Assembly (NCBI GenBank): GCA_963749075.1
Contig: CAVVLJ010000016.1
Span: 1,024,001 to 1,088,000 of the forward strand
From: an uncultured Pseudomonadota bacterium
GTDB taxonomy: Bacteria; Pseudomonadota; Alphaproteobacteria; JACZXZ01
DNA length: 64,000 nt
Direction of reading: 5' to 3'
Part shown: piece after piece, positions 9,584 through 19,552 of the stretch
How the letters are laid out: each line of letters begins with the position of its first letter
How positions within the stretch are numbered: position 1 is the first letter of the stretch
Made by a program: the position numbers and the translations under genes
Notes under the pieces: model-generated
What the model saw: the letters and a program-made list of their open reading frames with translations, nothing else
Database searches by the model: none
What the model was told of the DNA's origin: nothing

Positions 9584-10972
9584 ATGGCGCGCGCCGCTGC
9601 CAAAGCCGCCGGCACGCCGGGCACGAAGGCGCTCACGCGCGCTGCCGGCGAGTTCGTAGCAACTCTCGATTTTAGAGACCTTCCGGCGGAGGCGGTCGCC
9701 ATCGCGCGCACCGGCTTCATCGACTGCATCGGCACCATGATCGCCGGCAGCGTGGAGCCGCCGCCGCGGCTCTTGCGCCAGGTGCTGGCCGCCGATGGCC
9801 GGGCCGGAGAATCCTCGCTCTATCTCGGCCGCGAGCGCGCGCCGGCGCCCGAGGCCGCCTGGATCAACGGCACGGCGGCCCACGCGCTCGACTATGACGA
9901 CGTGGCCCAGCGCGGCCATCCGAGCACGGTCTTGGTACCTGCCCTCCTGGCCGAGGGCGAGGCGCTGGGTGCCTCGGGCCGCGACCTCATCGCAGGCTAT
10001 GCCGCCGGCTATGAGCTGTGGGCCGAGCTCGTCGGGCGCGAGAAAGACCAGCATCACGAGAAGGGCTGGCACCCGACGGGCATCTTCGGTGCGGTCGCGG
10101 CCGCGGCTGCCGTGGCGGCGCTGCGCCGCCTCGATCCCGCGAGCGCCGCCCATGCCATCGCCATCGGCGCCTCGCAGGCAGGCGGCCTGGTGGCCAATTT
10201 CGGCACCATGACGAAGCCCTTCCACGCCGGCCGCGCCGCCCACGCGGGCGTCATCGCGGCGCGCCTGGCCGCCGCCGGCTTCACCGCCTCGCCGGATGCC
10301 CTCGAGCACCCGCTCGGCTTCCTCGCGGCCACCTCACCCAAGGGCCGCGCCGAGCGCGAGAGGCCGAGCGCTCTCGGCACCACCTGGCGCCTCGCCAAGG
10401 ACGGTCTCAACATCAAAAAGTACCCCTGCTGCTACTGCACCCACCGCGCGCTCGACGCCATGCTGGACCTCTTGGCGCTGCATCCGACAGCGCCCGAGAG
10501 CATCGCGCGCATCACCGTCTCGCTGAGCAAGACCCACGCCCTCATCCTGCGCAACCACCGGCCGGATACGGGGCTCGCTGCCAAGTTCAGCATGGAGTTC
10601 GCCATGGCGGCAGCGGCCGTCGCCGGGCGCTGCGGCCTGGCCGAGCTAAGCGACGGCTTCGTGCAGCGCCGCGACGTGCAGGGGCTGATGGCGCGCGTCA
10701 CCCTCGAGCCCAACGAGAATTACGAGGCGGAAGAGGCGGGCGGTGCGATCTACGACCAGGTCTTCGTGCATCTCAAGGACGGCGTCGTGCTCAAGAGCGA
10801 GCAAGTGCGCCGCGCGCGCGGCCACGCGGAGCGCCCGCTCAAGACGGAGGAGCTGTGGCAGAAGTTCGCGGGCTGCCTCGAGGCCGCGGGCAGTAGCGCG
10901 CGCGCGTCCGAGCTCTTCGTGCGGCTCGAGAAGCTCGATGACCTCGCCTCGGTGCGCGAGCTTGCGGGGTAG
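9584..10972 (+). CDS. MmgE/PrpD family protein
   Basis: AAWINGTAAHALDYDD, HPS, GWHPTG, GTMTKPFHAG, KKYPCC, AKFSM. Confidence 0.93.
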   Translation: MARAAAKAAGTPGTKALTRAAGEFVATLDFRDLPAEAVAIARTGFIDCIGTMIAGSVEPPPRLLRQVLAADGRAGESSLYLGRERAPAPEAAWINGTAAHALDYDDVAQRGHPSTVLVPALLAEGEALGASGRDLIAGYAAGYELWAELVGREKDQHHEKGWHPTGIFGAVAAAAAVAALRRLDPASAAHAIAIGASQAGGLVANFGTMTKPFHAGRAAHAGVIAARLAAAGFTASPDALEHPLGFLAATSPKGRAERERPSALGTTWRLAKDGLNIKKYPCCYCTHRALDAMLDLLALHPTAPESIARITVSLSKTHALILRNHRPDTGLAAKFSMEFAMAAAAVAGRCGLAELSDGFVQRRDVQGLMARVTLEPNENYEAEEAGGAIYDQVFVHLKDGVVLKSEQVRRARGHAERPLKTEELWQKFAGCLEAAGSSARASELFVRLEKLDDLASVRELAG

Positions 10973-10991
10973 GGCGGGCTGACGGTTGATA

Positions 10992-11038
10992 CCCCCACCC
11001 CAACCCTCCCCCTCAAGGGGGGAGGGTTGGGGTGGGGG
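10992..11038. repeat. REP-like palindrome family A, single hairpin
   Basis: cccccaccccaaccctccccc-tcaag-gggggagggttggggtggggg, a perfect 21-bp stem. Confidence 0.9.
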
Positions 11039-11094
11039 GCGCACTTGCGTCCAAGAAAATTCGCACTGCGCGCGGGAGGACGGGGGTGGCGCAA

Positions 11095-12312
11095 ATGGAC
11101 ACCGAGAGCGAGGCGGGCGTAGCGGCCTATCGGCTGCCGCCGGCGATCCGCGAGTTCCGCGAGCTCGCGCGGCGCATCGTGCGCGATGAGCTCTTGCCGC
11201 TCGAGCGCGATTTTCTCCTGAGCTCCGGCCACGTCTACGGCATGGCGCCGATCAACAACCTGCGGCTCGCCCTGCCGTCCGAGACGGTGGAGCGGCTCGT
11301 CGCCCTCTCGCGCTCGACCGGGCTCTGGTACCTCATGGTGCCCGAGCGCTTCGGCGGCGCCGGCCTCGGCATGCTCGCCCAGTCGGTCGTCCTGGAAGAA
11401 TTCATGTATACGGCGGTGCCGTTCCCCTTCGCCAACGTCCCCAACATCCTCTACGAGTGCAAGGGCGCCCAGCTCGAGCGCTGGCTCATGCCCGTCATCG
11501 AGGGCGAGAAGACCACCTGCTTTGCCCAGACCGAGCCCGATGCCGGCTCGGACCCGGGCGGCATGATGAAGACGCGCGCGGTCAGGGACGGCGGCGGCTG
11601 GGTCATCAACGGCACCAAGATGTGGATCTCGAACGCCGCCGAATCCAACGTCATCATGGTGCAGGCGGTGACGGACCCCGAGAAGCGCCAGCGCGGCGGT
11701 ATCACCATGTTCCTCGTCGACCGCCGCAATCCCGGCGTCAAGATCGTGGAGCCGGGGCTCTCGACGTGGCTCGGGCCGCGCCCGGCTCAGTACCTCATCC
11801 ATTTCGACGACTGCCGCGTGGGCGAGGAGGACGTGCTCGGCGAGGTGGGGAGAGGCTTCTCCTTGGGCCAGCGCTGGCTCACCATCCACGACCGCCTGCA
11901 GCGCGGCGCTTACGCGCTCGGCAAGATGCAGCGCGCCCTCGACATGTCGATCGAGTGGGCGAAGCAGCGCGTCACCTTCGGCCGCCCCATCGCCGAGCGC
12001 CAGGCCATCCAGTGGAAGCTCGTCGACATGCACGTCGACATCACGGCGCTGCGCTCCATGAGCTACGAGATGTCGGCGCGGGCGGACGCCGGCGAGGACG
12101 TGCGCGGCGAGGCGGCGCTCGTCAAGATGTGCGCGGGCGACTGGGGTGCGCGCACCCTCGACCGCGCCATCCAGGTCCACGGCGCCATGGGCGAATCGAC
12201 CGAATTGCCGCTGACGCTCTTCTACCGCCTGCTTCGCCACGCCCAGATCGGCGGCGGCACCAGCGAGATCCAGCGCATGCTGATCGCGCGGCAGCTCTTA
12301 GGCAAGGCGTAG
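11095..12312 (+). CDS. Acyl-CoA dehydrogenase family protein
   Basis: CFAQTEPDAGSD, WVINGTKMWISNA, QRVTFGRPIAERQAIQW, AIQVHGAMG, GGTSEIQR. Confidence 0.92.
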   Translation: MDTESEAGVAAYRLPPAIREFRELARRIVRDELLPLERDFLLSSGHVYGMAPINNLRLALPSETVERLVALSRSTGLWYLMVPERFGGAGLGMLAQSVVLEEFMYTAVPFPFANVPNILYECKGAQLERWLMPVIEGEKTTCFAQTEPDAGSDPGGMMKTRAVRDGGGWVINGTKMWISNAAESNVIMVQAVTDPEKRQRGGITMFLVDRRNPGVKIVEPGLSTWLGPRPAQYLIHFDDCRVGEEDVLGEVGRGFSLGQRWLTIHDRLQRGAYALGKMQRALDMSIEWAKQRVTFGRPIAERQAIQWKLVDMHVDITALRSMSYEMSARADAGEDVRGEAALVKMCAGDWGARTLDRAIQVHGAMGESTELPLTLFYRLLRHAQIGGGTSEIQRMLIARQLLGKA

Positions 12313-12333
12313 AGACTTGCAGGACCGCCGCGG

Positions 12334-12456
12334 GTCCTTCGAGACGCGCCCCTTCGGGGCGCTCCTCAGGATGAGGAGATTTTGTGGATGGCAGAAAGAC
12401 CTTGCCCCCGGGACGAAGTGCCCGGGGGAGCGAGCGCAGCGAGCGTCTCGAAGGAC
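12334..12456. repeat. Palindromic intergenic element family C (MITE/REP-like) between convergent genes
   Basis: 14-bp terminal inverted repeats gtccttcgagacgc...gcgtctcgaaggac with internal hairpins gcgcccc-ttc-ggggcgc and cccccggg...cccggggg. Confidence 0.8.
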
Positions 12457-12505
12457 GCGCCGGACTTGGACCGAGGCACTCTCGAGCCGTTGTGAAAATT
12501 TGGCG

Positions 12506-14035
12506 TCAGCGCTCGACGAGGCTCGGGTGCGCGCCGTCGAGAAGGCGGTAGCGCTCCAGCACGAGCGCGCGCACGCGGCTCCGCGGCACCTTGCCCTGCA
12601 TATTGCGCGGCAGGCTCTCGAGCGTGAGATAGCCGCGCGGGTGCTTGTATCTGGCGAGTCCCTCGACGGCGGCGCGCGCCCGCTCGGGCCAGTCGCCCGG
12701 CGCCTCTTCCGCCACCGCCACGATGACCTCGCCCCAGTACTCGGAGGGCAGCGAGATCACGCTCACCGTGCCGCCGGCGGCACTCGCCGCGAGCGCCACC
12801 TCGATCTCCTCGGGATGCACCTTGTAGCCGCCGGACTTGATCACGTCCGCGGTGCGGCCGACGAGGTGGAGGCGGCCGCGCTCGTCGAGGCGCCCGAGAT
12901 CGCCCGTGGCGTGGAAGTCGCCGTCGCCGATCGCATGGAAGCCCTGCTCGTCGATGTGGCCGACCAGCATGTGGCGGGCGCGCAGATGCACCTCGCCCGT
13001 CTCGCCCGCAGCGGCGGCGGCCCCGTCCTCGCCGCGGATCGCGATCTCGACGCCGGCGCCCGGCCAGCCGACGCAGAAGCCGCCGTCCTCGGGCTCGTTC
13101 ATGTAGTAGTCGTCGCACGCCTCGGGCAAGAGGGTGGCGATCGGGTTATTCACCTCGGACTTGCCGTAGGTGACGCGCACGACGGGTCCGAAAAGCGCCC
13201 GCGCGCGGCGGTAGAGGGCGGGCGTCAAGGGTGCCGTGCCGCAGAAGACCGTGCGGATGCCGGCGAAATGGCGGCCGTCGAAGGCGGCGGTGAGCTTGGC
13301 CAGCACGGTCGGCGGGGCGAAGATGTGATCGACGCCGCCCGCTGTGAGGATGGCCTCGACCCTCTCCACATCGACGCCGTCGAGAAGGGTCACCGCGGCA
13401 CCCCGGTCGAGGAAGCAGTAGCTCAAGAGCGAGGCGCCGTGGGGGAAGGGCGTCATGAGGAGGATGCGGTTCCCCGGCCCCGGCATGGTGGAGAGGCTCG
13501 CGCGCAGGAGGAGGGCGCCCAACCAGCGCCGCGCGTGGCTGGTGACGATCGCCTTGGGCCGGCCGGTGGTGCCCGAGGTGAAATTGATGCGGCCCCAGGC
13601 CTCTCCCGGTACGGGCAGGAAGCGGGAGAGGGGGAGCGCCTCTCGGGGCAGGCTCTCGACCGTGAGCACCTCGCAGCCGAGCGCGCGGAAGAGGCCCGCC
13701 TCCGCCTCGGTCGTCACTACGCAGCGCACGCCCGCGAGGGCGATGAAATGGCGCCGCTCCGCCGGGCCGAGCGCCGGGTTGAGCCCGGTCTCCGCGGCGC
13801 CGCTGAGCTTGACGCCGTAGCTCGCCCACACGGCGGGAATGCCATTGCGCAGGCATGTGGCGACCGGCTCGCCCGGGACCACGGCCATGTCCTCGAGCGC
13901 CGTAGCGAGCCGCGCCGCATCGGTCGCGAGCGTCCTGAAGTCGATTTCCGCGGCGCCGTCCGAGACGCACGGCAGCCCGGCGAAGGCGTCGGCCGCCGCT
14001 TGCAGATCATGGGCCCACGGGATGGTCGAGAGCAT
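12506..14035 (-). CDS. AMP-binding acyl-CoA synthetase
   Basis: FTSGTTGRPK, TYGKSE, HATGDLG, GRTADVIKSGG, LPRNMQGKV. Confidence 0.92.
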   Translation of the reverse strand: MLSTIPWAHDLQAAADAFAGLPCVSDGAAEIDFRTLATDAARLATALEDMAVVPGEPVATCLRNGIPAVWASYGVKLSGAAETGLNPALGPAERRHFIALAGVRCVVTTEAEAGLFRALGCEVLTVESLPREALPLSRFLPVPGEAWGRINFTSGTTGRPKAIVTSHARRWLGALLLRASLSTMPGPGNRILLMTPFPHGASLLSYCFLDRGAAVTLLDGVDVERVEAILTAGGVDHIFAPPTVLAKLTAAFDGRHFAGIRTVFCGTAPLTPALYRRARALFGPVVRVTYGKSEVNNPIATLLPEACDDYYMNEPEDGGFCVGWPGAGVEIAIRGEDGAAAAAGETGEVHLRARHMLVGHIDEQGFHAIGDGDFHATGDLGRLDERGRLHLVGRTADVIKSGGYKVHPEEIEVALAASAAGGTVSVISLPSEYWGEVIVAVAEEAPGDWPERARAAVEGLARYKHPRGYLTLESLPRNMQGKVPRSRVRALVLERYRLLDGAHPSLVER

Positions 14036-14083
14036 GCTGGATCGCGCCGGGCAGGACCGCTCGCCGCTACCCCTGCCGCCGTC

Positions 14084-14428
14084 TCAGGAGCCGCTCGAGA
14101 CGAGCGTGAGCTTGCGGGCGAACACGCTCAGCACCTCGGCGAGCGCCGGGCTGCGCTTCAAGGGGCAGGCGCCCTGGGCGACGAGATAGCTGGCGCGGCC
14201 CTCGCGGTCGGGCGCCCATTTGACGATTGTGAAGGCCGGGCCCTCGAGCCGGTTGCGGAAGACGAGGAAGCGCGCCCGCAGGCTGTCGTGCTGGATGGCG
14301 TAATCGCGCCATTCGCCGTCGGCCACGCGCCGGCTGTAGATCTGGAGAAGCTGGTTGAGTTCCTGGCGGGTGAAATGCACAAAGCTGCGTCGACGCTTGA
14401 AGTCGTCGAGCCGGACCAGCTTCGCCAT
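14084..14428 (-). CDS. DUF2794-like protein
   Basis: VHFTRQELNQLLQIYSRRVADGEWRDYAI motif typical of alphaproteobacterial DUF2794. Confidence 0.8.
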   Translation of the reverse strand: MAKLVRLDDFKRRRSFVHFTRQELNQLLQIYSRRVADGEWRDYAIQHDSLRARFLVFRNRLEGPAFTIVKWAPDREGRASYLVAQGACPLKRSPALAEVLSVFARKLTLVSSGS

Positions 14429-14599
14429 GAGCAACGCCTCCCTGTCGGCCACCCTTTATCCTGGCAAAGGCCTAGTTTTCCCCATTTCCGCCGGGGAGTC
14501 CAGCTTGCCCCGGCCATATCCCCCGGAGCCCGCCATCGACCGCGCCGCAGCGGGCGGATAGGATCGCGGCTCTACCCATCTCGATGGCGGGGGCGGGCG

Positions 14600-15418
14600 A
14601 TGTTCTCACTGGCGGGAAAAGTCTGCGTGGTGACGGGAGCGAGCCGCGGCCTCGGGCGCGCCATGGCGCTCGCCTTTGCCGATCAGGGCGCCGACGTGGT
14701 CGTTGCCGCGCGCAGCGGACCTGAGCTCAAGGCGCTGGCGCGCGAGATCGAGCTCAAGGGCCGGCGCGCGCTCGCTCTCGAGACGGACGTGACCGATCTG
14801 CGCCAGCTCGAGTCGCTCGCCGGCCGAACTGCCACGCACTTCGGCCGCCTCGACGTGTGGGTCAATAACGCGGGCGGCTTCACCTCGGAGCCCGGCGGCA
14901 TGAGCGAGTGGCTCGAAGTCAGCGAGCGCGGCTGGGAGGCGATGATCCGTCTCAACCTCACCGCCCAGGTCTTCGGCGCCCAGGCCGCCGCGCGCGCCAT
15001 GCGCGAGGCCGGCAACGGCGGGCTCATCCTCTTCCTGAGCTCGATCGATAGCCTCTATGCGGCACCCGGCGGCGAGGGCATCTATGCCGCGTGCAAGGCG
15101 GCGCTCAACAGCATCACCCAGTCGATGGCGATCGAGCTCGGCCAGTACGGCATCCGGGTCAACGCGCTGGCGCCCGCCATCGTCGAGACGCCGCTCACCG
15201 CACCCTGGCTCGCGAGTGAGGCCGCGCGCCGCGAGCGCGCCCAATTCTACCCGCTCCGCCGCATCGGCACGCCGGCGGACGTGGCGGCGGCAGCGGTCTA
15301 TTTCGCCTCCGACGAGGCGGCCTGGGTGTCGGGTGCGGTGCTGCTGATCTCGGGCGGCGCCGTGATGACGAGCGACCCCTACCGCTATCTCCTCCGCGTC
15401 AACCGCGATCTCGCGTAG
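14600..15418 (+). CDS. SDR family NAD(P)-dependent oxidoreductase
   Basis: TGASRGLG, NNAG, YAACK, GIRVNALAP. Confidence 0.93.
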   Translation: MFSLAGKVCVVTGASRGLGRAMALAFADQGADVVVAARSGPELKALAREIELKGRRALALETDVTDLRQLESLAGRTATHFGRLDVWVNNAGGFTSEPGGMSEWLEVSERGWEAMIRLNLTAQVFGAQAAARAMREAGNGGLILFLSSIDSLYAAPGGEGIYAACKAALNSITQSMAIELGQYGIRVNALAPAIVETPLTAPWLASEAARRERAQFYPLRRIGTPADVAAAAVYFASDEAAWVSGAVLLISGGAVMTSDPYRYLLRVNRDLA

Positions 15419-15426
15419 CGCCCCCC

Positions 15427-16233
15427 TTACCCCGTGTGGTCGGGCGCCTGGGAGCGGCGGGAGAGCTCGACGCCGACGAGCACGAGCACGGCGACCAGCG
15501 TCAGCAGGCTCGAGATGGCGGTGAGCGTCGGGTCGATCTCGAAGCGGATCGTCTCCCACATGCGCTTGGGCAGCGTCGTGGCATCGGGTCCGCCGAGGAA
15601 GATCGCGATGACGACCTCGTCGAAGGAGATGAGGAAGGCGAAGGCGGCACCGGCCAGCACGGCGGGCCTGATGGCGGGGAGCGTCACGTGCCAGAGTGCG
15701 CGCCAATAGCCGGCGCCGAGGCTGCGCGCGGCGAGCTCCATCGCGGGATCGCTCACGCGCAGCGCGGCGAGCACGATGACGATGACGAGCGGCGTCGCGA
15801 TCACCGTATGGCCGAGGCAGATGGCGAGCGGCGTGCCGAGGAGGTGATAGCCCGAGAAGAGGAAATAGAGCCCGAGCGCCATGACGATGACCGGCACCAC
15901 CATCGGCGAGACGAAGAAGAGCTCGAGGCTGCGCTTGGCGCGAAAATGCCCGCGCGCGATGCCGATCGCCGCCGCGGTGCCCAACGTCGTCGCCGCCGCC
16001 ATGACGATGAGGGCCACGCGCAGGCTCAAGAGCGCCGAGTCGAGCCAATTGGCCGAGGCGAAGAAATTGACGTACCAGCGCAGCGAGAGGCGGCGCGGCG
16101 GAAATTCCATGTAGGGCGTGTCGTTGAACGAGGTGACGACGATCACGAGGATGGGTGCCACGAGGAAGACGACCAGGAGAATGCAGAAGGCCCACAGCAC
16201 GAGTCGGCCGGGCTGGGTGCGCGCGGCCGTCAC
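15427..16233 (-). CDS. ABC permease, PotC-like
   Basis: SLRWY, EAA loop ELAARSLGA, FLISFDEVV; GTG overlaps upstream permease stop. Confidence 0.9.
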   Translation of the reverse strand: MTAARTQPGRLVLWAFCILLVVFLVAPILVIVVTSFNDTPYMEFPPRRLSLRWYVNFFASANWLDSALLSLRVALIVMAAATTLGTAAAIGIARGHFRAKRSLELFFVSPMVVPVIVMALGLYFLFSGYHLLGTPLAICLGHTVIATPLVIVIVLAALRVSDPAMELAARSLGAGYWRALWHVTLPAIRPAVLAGAAFAFLISFDEVVIAIFLGGPDATTLPKRMWETIRFEIDPTLTAISSLLTLVAVLVLVGVELSRRSQAPDHTG

Positions 16234-17108
16234 CGTGCCGGCTCCCCGCTCGAGCCGGTGATGCGGCCCAAGCCCATGAGGCTCGTGAAGGCCACGAAGA
16301 TGAGGCCCACCACGACGAGAAGGAGGATGCCGAGCGTCGCCGCGAAGCCCCAGTTGAGGAGGGTGTTGATCATCATGTCGATCATGATCGCAAGGGTGAT
16401 CTCGCCCGGGCCGCCGAGGAGGGCGGGCGTCACGTAGAAGCCGATCGCCAGGAGGAAGACGAGCACGCATCCCGCCGCGACGCCCGGCAGGCTCAAGGGG
16501 AGGAAGACGTGGAGGAAGGCGCGGGCGGGCGAGGCGCCCAGGCTGCGCGCCACGCGCACCACGCTCAAATCGATGCGCGACATGACGCCGTAGAGCGGGA
16601 AGATCATGAAGGGCAGCAGCACGTGCACCATGCCGACCTGCACGCCGATCATGTTGAAGAGGAGCTTCACCGGATGGGCGAAGAGGCCGAGCGCCACCGC
16701 CGCCCGGTTCACGAGGCCGTTGTTGCCGAGGATGACGATCCAGGCGAAGGTGCGCACCAGGATGCTGGTCCAGAACGGCACCAGCACGAGGACCATGAGG
16801 ATGCGCCGCGCCCGCGCCGAAGTGGTCGTCATGACGTAGGCGAGCGGATAGCCCAGGAGGAGCGAGATCGCCGTCACCAGCACGCTGATCTCGAGCGTGT
16901 TCTTGAGGGCGCGGAAGTAGGTCGGCTCGGCGAAGAGCTCGCGGTAGAACTTGAGCGTGAAGCCGGGGTCGAAGAAGCTCCAGGCGCCGAGCCGCGAGAG
17001 CGGATAAAGATAGACCGCGGCATAGAAGGCGAGCGCCGGGAGGACGAGCATGCCCTCCCGGGAGCGCCAGAAGCGCCTCTCCGCCGCCGCAGGGCCAGAC
17101 GGCGCCAT
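16230..17108 (-). CDS. ABC permease, PotB-like
   Basis: VPFWTSILVRTFAW, ARSLGA, GFYVTPALLGG. Confidence 0.92.
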   Translation of the reverse strand: MAPSGPAAAERRFWRSREGMLVLPALAFYAAVYLYPLSRLGAWSFFDPGFTLKFYRELFAEPTYFRALKNTLEISVLVTAISLLLGYPLAYVMTTTSARARRILMVLVLVPFWTSILVRTFAWIVILGNNGLVNRAAVALGLFAHPVKLLFNMIGVQVGMVHVLLPFMIFPLYGVMSRIDLSVVRVARSLGASPARAFLHVFLPLSLPGVAAGCVLVFLLAIGFYVTPALLGGPGEITLAIMIDMMINTLLNWGFAATLGILLLVVVGLIFVAFTSLMGLGRITGSSGEPAR

Positions 17109-17152
17109 CGCTCAGCCCTGGCACCGCCGGCGGCGGCGAGGGCTTATGACCC

Positions 17153-18245
17153 TCACCCGTTCACCATCCATTTGGCGAAGCGCTCGGCCTGGGCCTCGCG
17201 CGGGGTCTTGCCGTCGGGCCCCGGCGCCGCCCACCACTCCACGTTCTGCCAGAACTGGTGCTTGATGTTCTCGGGCGAGGTGTTGAGGTCTTGCGCCTCC
17301 TCCGCCGAGAGGAACTCGAAGGCGCCGCCGTTGCTCGGGCCGTAGGGCACGCGCTTGGCGATCGCCGCCTGGGCCTTGGCGTCGACGGCGCAGTCGATGA
17401 ACGCCATGGCCGCCCTCTTGTCGCGCACGCCCTTGACGAGGCACCAGTTGTCCGAGGCGAGCTTGCCCTGGTTGTACTCGACGTTCGACGGGAGCGCCGC
17501 TGTGCTTGGCGGTAATCCCGCGCGGGCCGATGGTGCAGCCGACGGCCGCCTCGCCGGCGCTGATGAGCTGGATGGCCTCGGCGTGGGAGGTGTACCATTT
17601 GCCGACGAGCGGGCGGAGCTTGTCGAACATCTTCCAGGCGCGCTCCACGTCGAGCGGATAGAGCTTGTCGACCGGCACGCCGTCGGCCAAGAGCGCCACC
17701 TCGAGCTGGGGCTGGATGCCGCCCTGGAAATTGAAGGTGCGCGAGCCCGGGAAGCCCTTGCCGTCCCATACCTCGGCCCAGTCGCGCGGATGCTTGGCCT
17801 TGGGCAGCTCCTTCGTGTTGTAGACGATGTTGAAGGAGTAGATGCGCTGGCCGAGCGCGTGGCTGCGCTGCAGCTCCTTCGGGATATGCGCGAGCTTCTC
17901 CTTGCCGATCCCTGAGTAGTCGAGTGGCTCGAGGAGATTGTCCTTCATCAGCGTCAGCACGGCGGGAATGTCGGTCAAGATGACGTCCCAGCTCACGTTG
18001 CCGCTCTGCACCATCGCCTTGACCTTGGCGGTCTCGGGAGGCGCATCGAGCTTGACCGTGAATCCCGTGGCCTTCTCGAAGGCGGGAAACGCCGCCTCGC
18101 GCAGGGCCTGATCGTATTCGCCGCCCCAGCTCACGACGACCAGCTCGCCCTTGTCGGCGCGCGCCGGCCGTATGTGGAAGAACGGGCCCGCAGCCGCCAA
18201 TGCCGCAGCGCCGCCCGTAACCTTGACGAAATCCCGTCTTTTCAT
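17153..18245 (-). CDS. ABC substrate-binding protein, PotD/PotF-like, Tat-exported; +1 frameshift near 17484
   Basis: MKRRDFVK Tat motif, LVVVSWGG, VQSGNVSWDV; C-terminus (YNQGKLASDNWCLVKG...FAKWMVNG) continues in another frame. Confidence 0.85.
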
Positions 18246-18302
18246 TGTCTTGCTCCCTTTCCCGGCGTTGTCCCCGTTGCACGATGGAGTTGTTGTGCAG
18301 GC

Positions 18303-19412
18303 TCAGGCCCGCAGGACGCGCGCGTCCTCGGGGTCGAGAACGACGCGCACCTCTTCGCCTTGGCGCACCCGGCAGGCGGCTCGATTGTTCTGGACCTTGA
18401 GGGTGAGCTGCAGCCCGGCCTCGGTCTCGATACGGTAGCGCGTGAAGTCGCCCACGTAAACGAGCTCCCGCACGCGGCCGGGAATGCCGCTCCCGGGCTC
18501 GGCCGCGGGGAGAAGCGAGAGCTTCTCCGGCCTCACCACGAGCAGGCCCGGCTCGCCCGCCGCCACGTCCGAGCGCGCGAGCGACACGGGCAGCCGCCCG
18601 CCGCGGGCGGCCAGGAACCAGCCGTGGCGCTGACCGTCGGCCGCCGCGAGCCGCCCCTCGATCACGTTCAATTCCCCGATGAACTCGGCAACGAAGCGGT
18701 TGACCGGGCGCTCGTAGAGCTCCTCGGCGCGCCCGAGCTGCTCGATGGTACCGCGGTTCATGAGCGCCACGCGATCGGACATGGTGAGCGCCTCCTCCTG
18801 GTCGTGGGTGACGTAGAGGATGGTGATGCCGAGCTCGGCGTGGAGGCGCTTCAGCTCGAACTGCATCTGCTCGCGTAAATGCTTGTCGAGGGCACCGAGC
18901 GGCTCGTCCATCAGGAGGAGGTCGGGGTCGAAGACGAGGGAGCGCGCGAAGGCCACGCGCTGCTGCTGGCCGCCGGAGAGCTGACGGGGGAGGCGTGCGC
19001 CCAATTCGCCAAGGCGGACGAGCTGGAGCGCCGTGGCGACGCGCTCGGCGATCAGCGTGCGGGAGAGGCGCCGCATCTTGAGGGGGAACGCCACGTTGTC
19101 GAAGACGCTCATATGGGGGAAGAGCGCATAGTTCTGGAACACCACGCCGATGTTCCGCCGCTCGGGCGCCAGTGCCGCGATGGGCCTGTCGTTGAGGAAG
19201 ATGGCGCCGCTCGAGGGTGCCGTGAAGCCCGCCACCATCATGAGCGTGGTCGTCTTGCCCGAGCCGCTCGGCCCGAGCAGCGTCACGAACTCGCCCGCGG
19301 CCACGTCGAGATCGAGGGCATTCACGGCGAGGAAATTGGCGTAGTGCTTCGTCAGCTTCTCGAGAACGAGCCGCCGGCCCCTGGATTCTCGCGCCACCTC
19401 GCCACTCCGCAT
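18303..19412 (-). CDS. ABC ATP-binding protein, PotA-like
   Basis: [38 protein letters not shown]-terminal TOBE-like region. Confidence 0.95.
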   Translation of the reverse strand: MRSGEVARESRGRRLVLEKLTKHYANFLAVNALDLDVAAGEFVTLLGPSGSGKTTTLMMVAGFTAPSSGAIFLNDRPIAALAPERRNIGVVFQNYALFPHMSVFDNVAFPLKMRRLSRTLIAERVATALQLVRLGELGARLPRQLSGGQQQRVAFARSLVFDPDLLLMDEPLGALDKHLREQMQFELKRLHAELGITILYVTHDQEEALTMSDRVALMNRGTIEQLGRAEELYERPVNRFVAEFIGELNVIEGRLAAADGQRHGWFLAARGGRLPVSLARSDVAAGEPGLLVVRPEKLSLLPAAEPGSGIPGRVRELVYVGDFTRYRIETEAGLQLTLKVQNNRAACRVRQGEEVRVVLDPEDARVLRA

Positions 19413-19552
19413 CCGGCCATTCGCCTAGTCATAGCACAGCGCCCCACGGCGCGGGCCGGCAAAATCGGCAGCGAAATCGGGCGCTGGCGCCGGGTGCTTG
19501 CGCCGTGCTCCAATGGTTTTTGTCGTCATGCAACAGGAGATGAGTAGGCCAC

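Noticed and set aside
12317-15418. 1033-aa apparent fusion ending in an SDR (likewise 52450-55470, 39980-42643, 8861-10972)
   Set aside because: The N-terminal extensions are off-frame or antisense read-through of neighbouring genes; the real starts are internal
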